A DNA stretch of 64,000 nucleotides from Eledone cirrhosa (GCA_964016885.1 OZ024755.1:29264001-29328000); one strand, 5' to 3'. Shown: positions 14,312 through 26,371, numbered from the stretch's first letter. Notes: generated by a model from the sequence alone, not told the origin. Translations and numbers: made by a program.

Positions 14312-14315
<4 letters not shown>
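14093..14315. repeat. Fold-back inverted repeat, ~100-bp arms, ending at (TA)n
   Basis: Arms ~14093-14191 and ~14216-14315. Confidence 0.9.
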
Positions 14316-14369
<54 letters not shown>

Positions 14370-14389
14370 AGAGAGAGAATTCTTTAAAG

Positions 14390-14603
14390 TTATTCTATGT
14401 TATTAGTCCTTCAGCTTATTCTATGTTATTAGTCCCTCAGCTTATTCTATGTTATTAATCCTTCAGCTTATTCTATGTTATTAGTCCCTCAGCTTATTCT
14501 ATGTTATTAGTCCCTCAGCTTATTCTATGTTATTAATCCTTCAGCTTATTCTATGTTATTAGTCCCTCAGCTTATTCTATGTCATTAGTCCTTCAGCTTA
14601 TTC
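14390..14603. repeat. 26-bp minisatellite, ~8 copies
   Basis: Unit TTATTCTATGTTATTAGTCC(T/C)TCAGC. Confidence 0.95.
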
Positions 14604-14825
14604 AACTTTTACATCATGAATAATTTAATAAAGTAAATGCATTAGGTGCTGTTAGTGGTCTTCGTGGGAACGTGTGGGAAATAATATAGTAATTACTGTA
14701 GATGATTCCTGAATTTCAATTTGTGTTTATCATTGGTGATATTTCTATGTGCATTCTAGTACGAAGTCACACAAATATTTAAAATTCTCATAATATTTAG
14801 ATGTCATATTTCCGTATCATTATAT

Positions 14826-15017
14826 GCGGTGAATTGGCAGTATTGTTAGAGGGTCGGACACCATGCTTTGACGCATAAAGTTACGGGCCTTGCCATTCTG
14901 AGTTCAATTCCCGCTGAGTTTAACTTTGCTTTTCATCCTTACGGGCGTCGATAAAATAAAGTACCAGTAATGTACTGATATAATTGCTGGCCTTGTGCCA
15001 ATAGTAGAATCAATTAT
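14826..15017 (+). mobile_element. Nin-domain SINE copy
   Basis: Match to the recurrent unit. Confidence 0.9.
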
Positions 15018-15824
15018 ATTTAAGCACATGTGGCCAATATCTATGAATATTGCCCATATATAGTTATTTTTATTACACTCATGATTTTATATCATTTATT
15101 ATGTTTAGCATCTCATAGCTGCTGATTTTGTTATTTAATTCTAATTTATACATATGATCAACGGCATTTTATGCACCCAGTTCTATATTACAGAATCTGT
15201 CATTCCCATATTTAATAATGTAGGCTTTCGTTTTACAGCGAGTCATTTTGAGACCTTAACTTCGCAGGACATTGTTTTCCATTGTGTCAATTAATAAAGA
15301 TTAATCTCTTTATTGCAGATCGTATGTTTTTGCATTGTCATGTAAAAATCAATATCTGTGTATCTTTAAGAATTAGATAACTTAGATACGATTTACCCAA
15401 TATTGACCCAAGCAATGTCTAACATAAAACATTATCTATTGAAGATTATTTATCTATTTATACAATTGAACAATGGATCGTAGAATCAAGAGAGCTGCGG
15501 GAAATATTTCGTTTCTGTTTTCGTTATGACTTCAAATAGCAACTTTGCAGATAAATATGTATCAGTCAGTCAACTTCTACGTTCAGTTCATTCGATTCTA
15601 TTCGATTCTATTCTATTCTTTCCTTCACAAGTAGCCATGTGCCTCTATTAGAAAATACCATCAACAACAGCAACACTTTGCCCTCATCATCATCATCATC
15701 GTCATCAACATCATTATCTTTGGAAAATCTATCCAAACTTAGACTGGAAAAAAATACGAGTGAAGCAGCGTTTGTAACATGTCACCGTTCTGCTTCTTCT
15801 TCTTATTATTATTATTATTATCAG

Positions 15825-16080
15825 TTCTGAGTTCAAATCCCGCCGAGATTAACTTTGCTATCATCCTTACGGCTTACGGGGTCGATAAATTAAAGCACCA
15901 GTAACGTACTGGTGTCGATTTATTCGACTTTCGCCACCCAAATTACCGGCCTTTTGCCTATATTAGAAATCATTGCCGAGGTTAACTTTGCCTTTCATCC
16001 TTACGGGGTCGATAAAATAAAGTACCAGTAATGCACTGTGTAATTGCTGGCCTTGTGCCAAAAGTAGAAACAATTATTAT
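15825..16080 (+). mobile_element. Two partial SINE copies (long-tail and short-tail variants)
   Basis: Two Nin cores in tandem. Confidence 0.85.
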
Positions 16081-16620
16081 TTCATTTGTCTTGCTTTATG
16101 TTCATACGAGTTATCACCAAGTCACAACCACTGACCTCAAGAGAAAACAAGGACCGCCATATTCAAGAAAAGCCCCGAAAAAAACACACATATACAGACA
16201 TGTAACTTTAGCTGTTTATACTTTTAATATACTTATATCGACAGAATCTTCCTTTGTATATGGGCAGTTCCCATTAATATTAACTTTTGTATTTCTTCTA
16301 TACGCGGGTTTCCTGGAATTTTGGATAAGTAATCAATAGACTTCTAGGGCGCCTACAACCACTGGTATTGTTTTAGCTCTCAACTTCCACATTTTTCCAA
16401 TCTCTATTTCCAGATCGAATTTTCAAATGGCTTTATAGATACTGTCTTGTCTTGGAAAGGTCATATCAATTAGCAGGCATATCCCCTGTTTAAAGTCCTT
16501 TAGTATCATATCAGGTCTATTTGCAACTATTTTTCGGTCTGTTTGGACACTAGAGTTCCAGAAAATTGAAATTTGAATTTTTCAAGTACGGGAAGTGGTG
16601 GATGCTCCCACGAATCTTTC
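16081..16620 (-). mobile_element. Decayed 3' end of a Dong/R4-like LINE
   Basis: Minus strand VQTDRKIVANRPDMILKDFKQGICLLIDMTFP and TIPVVVGAL; 3' UTR homologous to 30430-30637. Confidence 0.8.
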
Positions 16621-17566
16621 GAACCTCGCCAAAGACTTTAGAGAGACTGTACTTTTCTGCGTGTTGTGCTCAGTGTACGTAGAAGAGCAATTTGAGATTT
16701 GGTGTCTATTTGCTTAATATATCCTCTCAATATGTTCATATGAAGACCGAAGCTCTGACAAAAACTGAAATAATGCCGATGTTGATTAAGCAGTATTTAT
16801 TATATACGTACAATTTTTATTTTCAAGTATATTTTTTTCATTTTCCCTCACGGAAACCTTTCTGTTCCTGTTACTATTGACTGTTACGTTTACGGTTGCT
16901 GTTTTAATACTATTCAACGAAAACCAGATTTGCATAGCCTAATCACACGGAGACTACTAAAAACAATAAAGAGGAAAAATATCTTTTCTCTGTGATTTAG
17001 AACTGAGGATACAGATAAGAATTATAGAGACATATTGGCTCCCGTTATTTATTCAACATTACAACATAACCTATCATATACAAGTCCTTGGATTTGAAAT
17101 CTCTTTACATAGCCACTTGATCCATATGTCAATTTGACTGAAATCCCCAAGTGACTGTCTTTTGATTAATGCTATCACCAAAATGGATTTATGAAATTAA
17201 CTACTTCGGACGAGCTAGAGAAAGGTCAAATATATATATATTTTTATTTCTATGTTGGCGGAAAATGAGACAAGAATATCCATTACTGGTTATTTCTACG
17301 AAACTATATCTTTTAGAATTAAGTGGTTATTGCAAATATACAGAATAGTTTTGTGTCTTTAAATGCAACTTATTTCACATATATATATATGGAAATGGTT
17401 AATACAGAGCTGAGTATCTGATTATCTAATAAAGTATACACCGATTCAGACATTTCATCTAAGGCTATATTTAATCAATACTTTTTGTCTCAGTCCTTCA
17501 ATCAGCCTCTGCTTTTTTTTTCTATCAGTATCTCGTACTGTTTTTATCTTTCTAAATCTTTTACTA

Positions 17567-17629
<63 letters not shown>

Positions 17630-17784
17630 CGTATATATATATATATATAATAAATGTAATCTGAGTTTTTCGAATATTAATAATAAAATTCGATTCGTTT
17701 GCAATTATGCAAACCAGCCTCAATTTTATAGCCATGTCAGTAGAATGAACCCTTCATTCTTGCTCTTGTATTGGCATTCGAACA

Positions 17785-17834
17785 GAACTGCAGACACTAA
17801 TGTTTCTGGGTATCACCCTTCATCAGTACAGCTC
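17785..17834 (-). ncRNA. Type I hammerhead fold with GUC site
   Basis: Minus strand GAGCTGTA CTGATGA A GGGT GAT ACCC A GAA ACA TTAG TGT C TGCAGTTC: 8-bp stem I (two G-U), 4-bp stem II, 3-bp stem III; the element runs to (TA)n at ~17648. Confidence 0.75.
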
Positions 17835-18005
17835 ACTGTTCACCTGCCAGACTGTCAGAGCTAGTGAACATATATGCTATTTTCAAAAATACACAGTGAC
17901 TGATCGGCCTGATTTGCATATTAGCAGAAAGGCTGATCAGTCAGATATGCATATTATCAGATCCACTGATCAGCAAAGATGTTCTGATCAGCAGACTGAC
18001 GAGTC

Positions 18006-18237
18006 AGTTTCCTGTATACGAGCGATAAATAGCCGGCTTTGCCAAATTAAAAACTAAAAAAGAAAATGTTCGCTCTACATGGCTGAATACAATAAATGTA
18101 ATATGTGTTCACATGCCAACACAAGAGCAAGAATGAAGGGTACATTCTACTGACATTCAGCCATGTAGAGCAAATATTTTATTTTTTATTTTTGAATTTG
18201 GCAAAACCGGCCATTTATCTCTCGCATACAGGAAACT
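18006..18237. repeat. Fold-back inverted repeat with a second inverted piece in the spacer
   Basis: Arms 18006-18088 and 18155-18237; 18113-18155 is the reverse complement of 17734-17777. Confidence 0.85.
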
Positions 18238-18239
18238 AT

Positions 18240-18618
18240 GGTTTCAAGGTGTTTTAAGTGGGGAAGAGTTTTGCACTCGACCAATTCCACTCTCTGAGCA
18301 TCAAAAACACTACCCGAAAATGAGAATTGGTCAACATCATCGCATGCTTCCGAGGTCACAGGTTTTTTTCAGAGTTTCCCTCTCCTAGAAAGTATTGTGT
18401 CAACAACTGGGGGGCCTTTCACTCACAGGGGGGAAAAAGTACTATTTGGATGGCCGTTGATTCTGTTGCGTTCCTCCACCCTTTGCCGGGTCTTGTATTT
18501 CATCCCGCAGGGTGTCCAAATATCACCTTGGTGGGTTTGCCGGTTTAGTCGCCGACGACCCGACCATGAGACAGGTTGTACCGGGTTACATGTTACCAGT
18601 AGCACTTGAGCGCGGTCT

Positions 18619-18620
<2 letters not shown>
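18240..18620 (-). mobile_element. RTE-type 5' UTR fragment starting at a (TG)n tract
   Basis: Homologous to 26860-27129; GGCGACTAAA and TCTAGGAGAGGGAAACTCTGA motifs resembling RTE 5' UTRs. Confidence 0.6.
18540..18617 (-). ncRNA. Candidate HDV-like ribozyme
   Basis: P1 GACCG/TGGTC, P2 CCGGT/ACCGG, GG for P1.1, short P4, J4/2 CTAA; P3 poorly paired. Confidence 0.5.
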
Positions 18621-18713
<93 letters not shown>

Positions 18714-18814
18714 TATATATATATATATATATATGTAGATAAATCTACCAAGAGTTTACGGTAGTATCCAATCCGTATGAAGAACTCAATGTAGTCCGGA
18801 TATCATAGAAAGAA

Positions 18815-18875
<61 letters not shown>

Positions 18876-18931
18876 TATATATAATATTATTCAAAATTTT
18901 AATAAATGAGAAATATCATAACCAAAGTATA

Positions 18932-18994
18932 TATTTTATTATACATATTTCAAAAGTACAATGGTGTTTCAGTACGTTTTCATCAGATAAAAAT
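18932..18994 (-). ncRNA. Type I hammerhead fold, family A
   Basis: Minus strand TTTTAT CTGATGA AAA-C-GTAC..GTAC-T-TTT GAAA TATGTA TA ATAAAA. Confidence 0.7.
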
Positions 18995-19727
18995 ATATAA
19001 GATATTGGATATGCGACATACCGCTAAGGTACTTGAATCATCAATTCCTGTAGTGGCAGTAAGTTATTTCACCAACCCTCAACATTTATATACTAAAAAT
19101 AATATGATAAACTGTATATATATATATATATATATGCATATTATGTGTGTGTCTCTGTGTATGCACGTTTCTCAATGTTTTGGAATAATGATCAACGATT
19201 AAAATGAGAAAGAGCAACAGCTTTCAAAATATCGTAGTCTCAAATAATTCCAATGAAATGACAACAATAAACAGCCAAAACATAAAATAACCCACGCATT
19301 CCTGCGAATTATCCAGAACATTCTGGTCATGACTCTCATCATTGAATTAACCCCCCCCCCCACCCCCACCCCTGGACCGTGGGTCATTTTAGTGGAGTCG
19401 ACATTTTTTCCACAATATGTCTTGTCTGAAGCTCCCTCAATTAGTCTTGTTGCCTTATGTCTATACACTCAACAGATTTAGAGGCTGGGTACACGCTGAG
19501 ATCGTGACCGCTACCTCATCTGCATCTAACCCGAAGGAGAAAGTATGTCAAAGCTTCCAGCAACAATATTAATAAGTCTTTAAAACCTCTACAATATCAT
19601 TCTTAATATTAATGTTAACATAACCTCAACCAGTAGCGCATTGAACTCCTCCATCGTTCCCACGAGCCTGGTCGTCTGAATGTCATCACTATTAAATCTA
19701 ATTACATCCATTATTTCACTAACATCT

Positions 19728-19919
19728 GGCGGTGGATTGGCAGTATCGGTAGAGGGTCGGACGCCATGCTTTGATGCATAGAGTTACGGCCCTTGCTATT
19801 CTGAGTTCAAATCCCGCCGAGGTTAACTTTGCCTTTCATCCTTACGGGGTCGATAAAATAAAGTACCAGTAATGTACTGGGTAATTTCTGGCCTTGTGCC
19901 AATAGTAGAAACAATTATT
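19728..19919 (+). mobile_element. Full-length SINE with TSD TTATTTCACTAACATC
   Basis: Direct repeat on both sides (~19711 and ~19915). Confidence 0.92.
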
Positions 19920-20510
19920 TCACTAACATCAACACTACCATTACTAGCGATAGATACATCTAGCACTATTCCAATGAACTATGCTTGTGCATGTGCACAT
20001 CACACTCCAGCATCGATTAATAGAGCCAAGGCAATGGACATCTCTATTGCGATTATTTATGATTTATCTTTCTCCCCACCGCCAGTAACACGGACATAAT
20101 TGCCATCGCCATTAGTTCCATCCTTAGATATAACACCATCAACGACACTCCCATGCTTCTTTCATTGTAATCAATTAACTAAAGAGCATTCGTTTTCTTT
20201 CATGAGCGACTATAAGAGAAATTGTTAGTGAGGTGACATCTAAGTACATGCTGCTAAATACGGTGGAGATACTCATGAGGTTGGTGTTTTTAGTGTTCAT
20301 AGTTAAAGATGGTTGTAGGCGTTATTAGTGAAGGGCTCCCAATAGTAAAGTTGGAGTAGTCTTTCAAGTTTCCCAGAGACTCCACTTTTTGGATAGTGTT
20401 TTCTACAGGTAGCTGAATCTTAAATAAGCAATCATTAGATACAAGAATATTTATGTTTAATCAACAGATACGAAATTTATTGGATAAATTATGTAATATT
20501 CATTCATTGT

Positions 20511-20918
20511 TTATTCAAAGGGCGTTAGATTGGCAGTATCGGTGAAGGGGCGGACGCCATGCTTTCCAGCATAGTTACGTCCCTTTACGATCTGAGTTCA
20601 AATCCTGCCGAGGTTGACTTTGCCTTTCATCCTTACGGGGTCGATAAAATAAAGTACCAGTAATGCACTGGGTAAATGCTGGCCTTGTGCCTAAAGTAGA
20701 AACAATTATTTATTCAAAGGGCGGTAGATTGGCAGTATCGGTGGAGGGTCGGACGCCATGCTTTCCAGCATAGTTACGTCCCTTTACGATCTGAGTTCAA
20801 ATCCCGCCGAGGTTGACTTTGCCTTTCATCCTTACGGGGTCGATAAAATAAAGTACCAGTAATGCACTGGGTAATTGCTGGCCTTGTGCCTAAAGTAGAA
20901 ACAATTATTTATTCAAAG
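20511..20918 (+). mobile_element. Head-to-tail SINE dimer
   Basis: 199-bp period; TTATTCAAAG before, between and after the two copies. Confidence 0.92.
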
Positions 20919-21564
20919 TAATCCAACTTATTTTAGTAATAGGATAAAAAATATATTCAGGACACAGTCCCGCACTCCTCCCTTTATTATATTATAATTG
21001 TCAGTAATGTTATTGTTGGGGCAGTGGTGATGGTGCTGCTGTTGCTAATTATGTTGGTTGTTGTGATGTTTATGTTGATGGTAGTAAGCAGGTGATGAGT
21101 CCGTCTGTTCATTGTGACAATCTAAAACCTGTTTTTCACTGAACGTGCCTACGAAGTAAACTGATTCTTACGGTGACAGGACAGAGAATGTTATCGAAAT
21201 TGTAATAGCTACGTTGGAGGTGAAGATATAATTGCTGGAAATTATGATACGGCGGTGGAGGTGTGGATCACCTTTGCTCTCTTTATCATTCTTTATCGGT
21301 AGTGATTGATAGTTTAATTATTTTATTTGTTTTATTGTTGGTGTTTTGGTGTGTTGATACAATCTGTTGATTAGTTAAACAGCTACGTTTAGTATATAAT
21401 TATCTACTTGGTAGTTACAAGTTCAGAACCGATAGGATTATTATAGGACTTCCCTTACTATGACTTCTGTGGCAATAACATAGTTTCCTCTAATGCGCAA
21501 TAAGATGTATTCAGTCGACTCTAGATTCTTCTATGATTTTGTAACTGAAAGCAAAAGAGTAAAT

Positions 21565-21720
21565 TGCTGCTGTTGCTACTACTACTGCTGCTGCTACTAC
21601 TACTGCTACTGCTGCTGCTGCTATTACTACTACTACTACTACTGCTATTACTACTAGTACTAGTACTACTACTACTATTACTACTACTACTACTACTGCT
21701 ATTACTACTAGTACTAGTAG

Positions 21721-21751
<31 letters not shown>

Positions 21752-21912
21752 GTTGCTGCTGCTATTACTACTACTACTGCTGCTGCTATTACTACTACTA
21801 CTACTACTGTTGCTGCTGCTATTACTACTGCTGCTATTACTACTACTACTACTGTTGCTGCTGCTATTACTACTACTACTACTACTACTACTAATGATGA
21901 TGATGAGGATGA
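21565..21912. repeat. Compound (CTA/CTG/TTA/GAT)n trinucleotide tract
   Basis: Direct reading; generates the poly-S, poly-L and poly-V ORFs. Confidence 0.95.
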
Positions 21913-22456
21913 TGGATTCTTTGTTAATAACAAAGTGTTCAATTAAGAAAATATTAAACACGACACACAACGGCTCAATGTTGGTCATTTCATGTAAAGA
22001 GTGTTTAACTAAAATAACAAACGTAGAAATTCGAAGAAAAAAAAAATTTCTACAATAAGGGGAAATTTCCAAGGGTCACAAAGCTTACAAAATTCAAGTT
22101 CACCATTACCCTCTGGGACAATTTCCCTTGCCAGTTGTCCCCCTACAATCTCCAGGCGCACACACTGAGCAGTAACATTCACTCGGGACATATTCACCAC
22201 TTTCATCCACTTACAAACAACCTAGTTGTAATGTAGCACAGTCTCCTATACTCCGAGTATTCTCTCCAAGTGGAACCTGAAAATATCAAAAGGACCTGGA
22301 AGAAAAATAGGTATATTTTCGTCTATTATTTCCACACATTTGTAAATTAGTAGCTCTGATTAAATGATTCTTTTAATTCTCTCGGTCATTGAGCAAAACT
22401 TGTCAAGGCAGAACACCACACAAACGTATACGCATCTACCTGTATGTGTATCTTAT

Positions 22457-22491
<35 letters not shown>

Positions 22492-22786
22492 ATGCATTAT
22501 AAAGAAAGAAGAAACATTAGACATAAATAAATAAAAATATATACCCAATATCCTTCGACATCCTCGACTGCGCAGTTTCGTGGCTACTATGCAAAAACAT
22601 TACATCATAGAGATGCAGTATTTTTTTGAGGTTTGCCAACTTATCAAGAGAATACCTCATTTAAATTTCTAAACACGTCCGCAAGGCGTGAGAGAGAATC
22701 CCGGAAAGGCGGAGAGGGAGCGTATCACGTGATACAGCGGTCAAGAAACCAAGTTAAGCCTCTTGCAACCAAGATGGGTCAATCTA

Positions 22787-22922
22787 ATTCATTTTATCGA
22801 CCCCGTAAGGATATAAGGCAAAGTTAACCTTCGCGAGATTTGAACTCAGATCATAAAGGGCAGTAACGCTATGCTGCAAAGCATGGCGTCCGATTCAACC
22901 GATACTGCCAATCGACGGCCCT
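22787..22922 (-). mobile_element. Nin-domain SINE copy (diverged, no tail)
   Basis: Match to the reverse complement of the unit. Confidence 0.8.
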
Positions 22923-23015
22923 TATATATATATAGTAATAATAATAAATGTGAAGACTAAAATCCAACGAAGGCTCGATAAGGATAAATATATATCAAAT
23001 ATATAAGAACCGTAG

Positions 23016-23162
23016 AGCAAATATTTATTAAAATATCAGATTAACGTTTAAGCAAAGAATCGCTGCTTTCACCCTTAACGGAATCATCTGAAGATCCCGT
23101 TAAGAGTGAAAGCAGCGATCCTTTGCTTAAAATTTAATCTGATATTTTAATAAATATCTGCT
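23016..23162. mobile_element. Family D Penelope pLTR fold-back
   Basis: Arms ~23016-23085 and ~23093-23162; CTGAAGA at 23088 then CCC GTTAA G(A/G)G T GAAA; the same arm is fused to Penelope RT at 53019-53080. Confidence 0.75.
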
Positions 23163-23185
23163 ATTTTAATATATATATATATACA

Positions 23186-23352
23186 TGGACACACTAGAAG
23201 AGGAAGACCAAGGTTAACGTATGTTGATGCCCTAAGGACAGACACTGGCCTGTTGGAGATGCAGGACATGGCAGCGATAATGAGGGACAGAGACCGCTGG
23301 AGAGAACTCGTCCATGGATCTCGGGAATTTTACCCGCCTTAGATAGATAGAT
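23186..23352 (+). mobile_element. 3' end of an RTE LINE with (TAGA)n tail
   Basis: Translates GHTRRGRPRLTYVDALRTDTGL..MRDRDRWRELV..stop. Confidence 0.8.
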
Positions 23353-23776
23353 ATATATATATATAACCGCTTTCGGTTATTTGTCGGAAATTTCTTCATA
23401 AGAGCCTTTATTCTTATAGCTTGGTCTAATTGATTTTTTATATGGTTAATTATGCTAATTGGGAGAGGAAATGGTATATATTTTATCTAATAATTCTAAG
23501 GACATGATTTATGATATATATATATATATCTTTCGTTATCCATCGTGGTTGTATTATATGTATGGCTAGTGCCTTCGGTCAGTTTTCTTGGTGTCACACT
23601 TTATAAGTGTTGTGCTTACTCTGAACCTCCCTAATGTTTTTAACTTTCCCTCCATTGAGTGCTTTGTGGTTGCCTCAAACAAACCGAATAGTACTTGCTG
23701 TCCAACAGCTAACGTTTCGATGTATACCTATAATATATATATATATACATATTATATATATATATATATATATATA

Positions 23777-23896
23777 TAGGAACAAGTAAGACCCCGACGG
23801 CTGAGCTCAAGCCGTTTCGACGGCTAATTATGTACCCTAAGTATTGAGTACTTTGGTGCGTTATGGTCCACCTGGTTCCTTACCACATTTCCTTCG

Positions 23897-23900
<4 letters not shown>
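23777..23900 (+). mobile_element. Family B fragment with inverted 5' part, between (TA)n tracts
   Basis: Homology to 3437-3601 and 43352-43505. Confidence 0.65.
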
Positions 23901-23938
<38 letters not shown>

Positions 23939-23950
23939 ATATATACATAT

Positions 23951-24254
23951 ATGTAATCAGAGTAACCGCAGAAGCACTCCTTGCTTTCAAATATTGATTA
24001 TGACATTGACGTTTGCCGAGCAACAAAAAGGGCAGATATCGAGTGTCTATGATATCAACCAATGACACTTAGTTTATACAACTGTAACTACAAATATTCT
24101 AAGAATGTTCATACAAGTTTTCATAGCAAAAGTATTTGAAATCTGGTTGATGTCATAGACACTCGATATCTGCCCTTTTTGTTGCTCGGCAAACGTCAAT
24201 GTCATAATCAATATTTGAAAGCAAAGAGTGCTTTTATGGTCACTCTGATTACAT
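23951..24254. repeat. Fold-back inverted repeat, ~110-bp arms, ~80-bp spacer, inside (TA)n
   Basis: Arms 23951-24061 and 24144-24254. Confidence 0.92.
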
Positions 24255-24413
24255 ATATATATATATATATATATATTAAAAAGTGAGGTTTTTTTTACAA
24301 AATGAAAAATATCCGAGGTGTCCTACACGAGTGGAAGTATAAAGAAATAGGGATGAAATCGAAAATGCAACTGAAGTCTTATTTTTTTTTTAAATATATA
24401 TATTTATTTGGTT

Positions 24414-24451
24414 CCTTTACCGGTTTCGCAGTTCTTCTGCTTTTCAAAAGG
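24414..24451 (-). ncRNA. Minimal type I hammerhead, U3-A8 variant (left arm)
   Basis: Exact reverse complement of 24524-24561. Confidence 0.75.
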
Positions 24452-24523
24452 TGAGTTGAGATGGAGGGTCTGTGGTTTTTCTCACATCTGTGAGAAAAAC
24501 CACAGACCCTGCATCTCAACTCA

Positions 24524-24561
24524 CCTTTTGAAAAGCAGAAGAACTGCGAAACCGGTAAAGG
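24524..24561 (+). ncRNA. Minimal type I hammerhead, U3-A8 variant (right arm)
   Basis: CCTT TTGAAAA GCAG AAGAA CTGC GAAA CCGG TA AAGG, followed by AATAAA. Confidence 0.75.
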
Positions 24562-24630
24562 AACCAAATAAATATATATATTTTAAAAAAAAATAAGACT
24601 TCAGTTGCATTTTCGATTTCATCCCTTTTT

Positions 24631-24690
<60 letters not shown>

Positions 24691-25475
24691 AGAACAAAAG
24701 CGAAGTTAAGTTTATGATTTTCGCTCTTTTACTCACTCACTCACTCTCTCTTTTTTTTTTTTTTTTTTTTTTTTTTGCATGAAATGACATGATGTTTAGA
24801 TCAATATCTTCCTAAAATATAATTTGACGTGTTTTAAATGTCATTAACAATTGTTAATGCTAGAAAATCATTTACTCACTTCCATATAAGTTTCCGATTT
24901 CAACATTATTTTGGAAATGTGTACATTTTAAACAATCAGTTTCAAAGAAAAGGTATCTAACGGTCATTCCCTTGTGCATGAAGGTGTAGAATAGCTAGCA
25001 ATAAAACGTCACTGAGCTGTACAAAAGCTGTGTAAGATAGATGAGTATTTCAATAACTTCCATTATTTTACTAAAATTATTCTGTGAAATACTGTAGAAG
25101 AATGATTGATTGGTCCCAATTCAACGAATGTAAAAAGAAATCAGTGTCTCGAGTGTAATCCTATAATCATGAACATACTCTATATATCAATCACTCAATC
25201 TATGTGCACTGGAATATATTTGACGGCATGCGTATACGTATCTCTCGTGCCAGTGTGAATGGCTTCTATGAATCGCCTGTTAGATGTACGATCAGAGAAA
25301 ACCGAGATAAATGCATGATGGAAATTACTGAATCACATATATGTATATTATAGCGATCAGAAACAGTTTTATCGCTATACAGAAAAATATGTTTAAAGAG
25401 AAAACCTCTCAATACATCATCAGCAGAAGTATATTCACGGCATTTCCCTAAATCTGTTAAGATTCCATTATAAGA

Positions 25476-25606
25476 GCCCTTTCCATTCTGAGTTCAAATC
25501 GCGCCGAGGTTCACTTTGCCTTTTATCCTTCCGGGGTCGATAAAATAAAGTACCAGTAATACACTAGAATAATTGCTGGCCTTGTTCCAAAAGTAGAAAC
25601 AATTAT
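25476..25606 (+). mobile_element. 5'-truncated SINE copy
   Basis: Match to the recurrent unit. Confidence 0.85.
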
Positions 25607-26186
25607 AAGTATGTGTGCATTTCCGTATACAGTATATACGGAGTGCGCTCAAAGAAATGAGTGAATGAAAATCATTTGATCTACCCTAAGTGAAGAATCG
25701 TGGCGTGACCTTAAATATAGAATTCGGATTTTGGCAGAGCACAATTAGCGAATCAACCAGATGTCTGTAGCATTTTAGCTGCAATCTTATCTAATGATCG
25801 TGATGTTTGTCTGACTGGATGGTATAGTGAACGTCTGTGCTTACGACGATACCACTGTGACACTCGGGAAAGTGGTCGTTGTCTTATGAAAAAGTGGTAT
25901 CAGCAACTGTACTACGTGAGGCCATGACAAGTTGGTTAAACATGTTCCAACTACTTAGCAAATGTTACGACGCGTTTACCCGATGGTCTTATTGTAAACA
26001 TGCAAATCTTCTTCATCCTCAACAGTGGCATGTGCTCATTAATCAGAGTTAATGTCCATGGCTGACGCCTCTGGTCTCTTCTGTTTGTATTGAATTTAGA
26101 TCCATTGCTGCATAGACTACAGATATCACCGTATCATACGAATGAGTTTGGTGTGCTGTATATATATATATATAGAGAGAGAGAGA

Positions 26187-26371
26187 GGTGGAACACTGGA
26201 AGGTAATATCCGTAGTGGTAGAGCACTCAGTCCATGGGACGAGTTAGGTCAAACTGGTAACACAACAATTAGTTCACCATACCGAGAACAATTGTTCTCG
26301 GTATGGTTAACTAACTCGTCCCATGGACTGAGTGCTCTACCACTACGGATATTACCTTCCAGTGTTCTACC
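26187..26371. repeat. Asymmetric fold-back with an inner spacerless palindrome
   Basis: Outer arm 26187-26246 pairs with ~26312-26371; inner ACCATACCGAGAACAA|TTGTTCTCGGTATGGT. Confidence 0.88.

Larger units (their letters stand above)
24338..24637. repeat. Near-perfect 300-bp palindrome (2-nt spacer)
   Basis: Centre CTCACA-TC-TGTGAG at 24487/24488; near-identical 62-aa ORFs on both strands in the ORF track. Confidence 0.97.

Noticed and set aside
19728-19919. tRNA genes at SINE heads
   Set aside because: A and B boxes run into the SINE body; no full cloverleaf or terminator
21511-22072. Poly-Ser, poly-Leu and poly-Val ORFs
   Set aside because: Trinucleotide tract with no complex coding flanks
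22561-22613. Minus-strand hammerhead with palindromic stem III (GAAACTGCGCAGTC)
   Set aside because: Upstream core reads TATGATG and stem II does not pair; at best a dead copy
24379-24596. Twin 62-aa ORFs on opposite strands
   Set aside because: Consequence of the DNA palindrome
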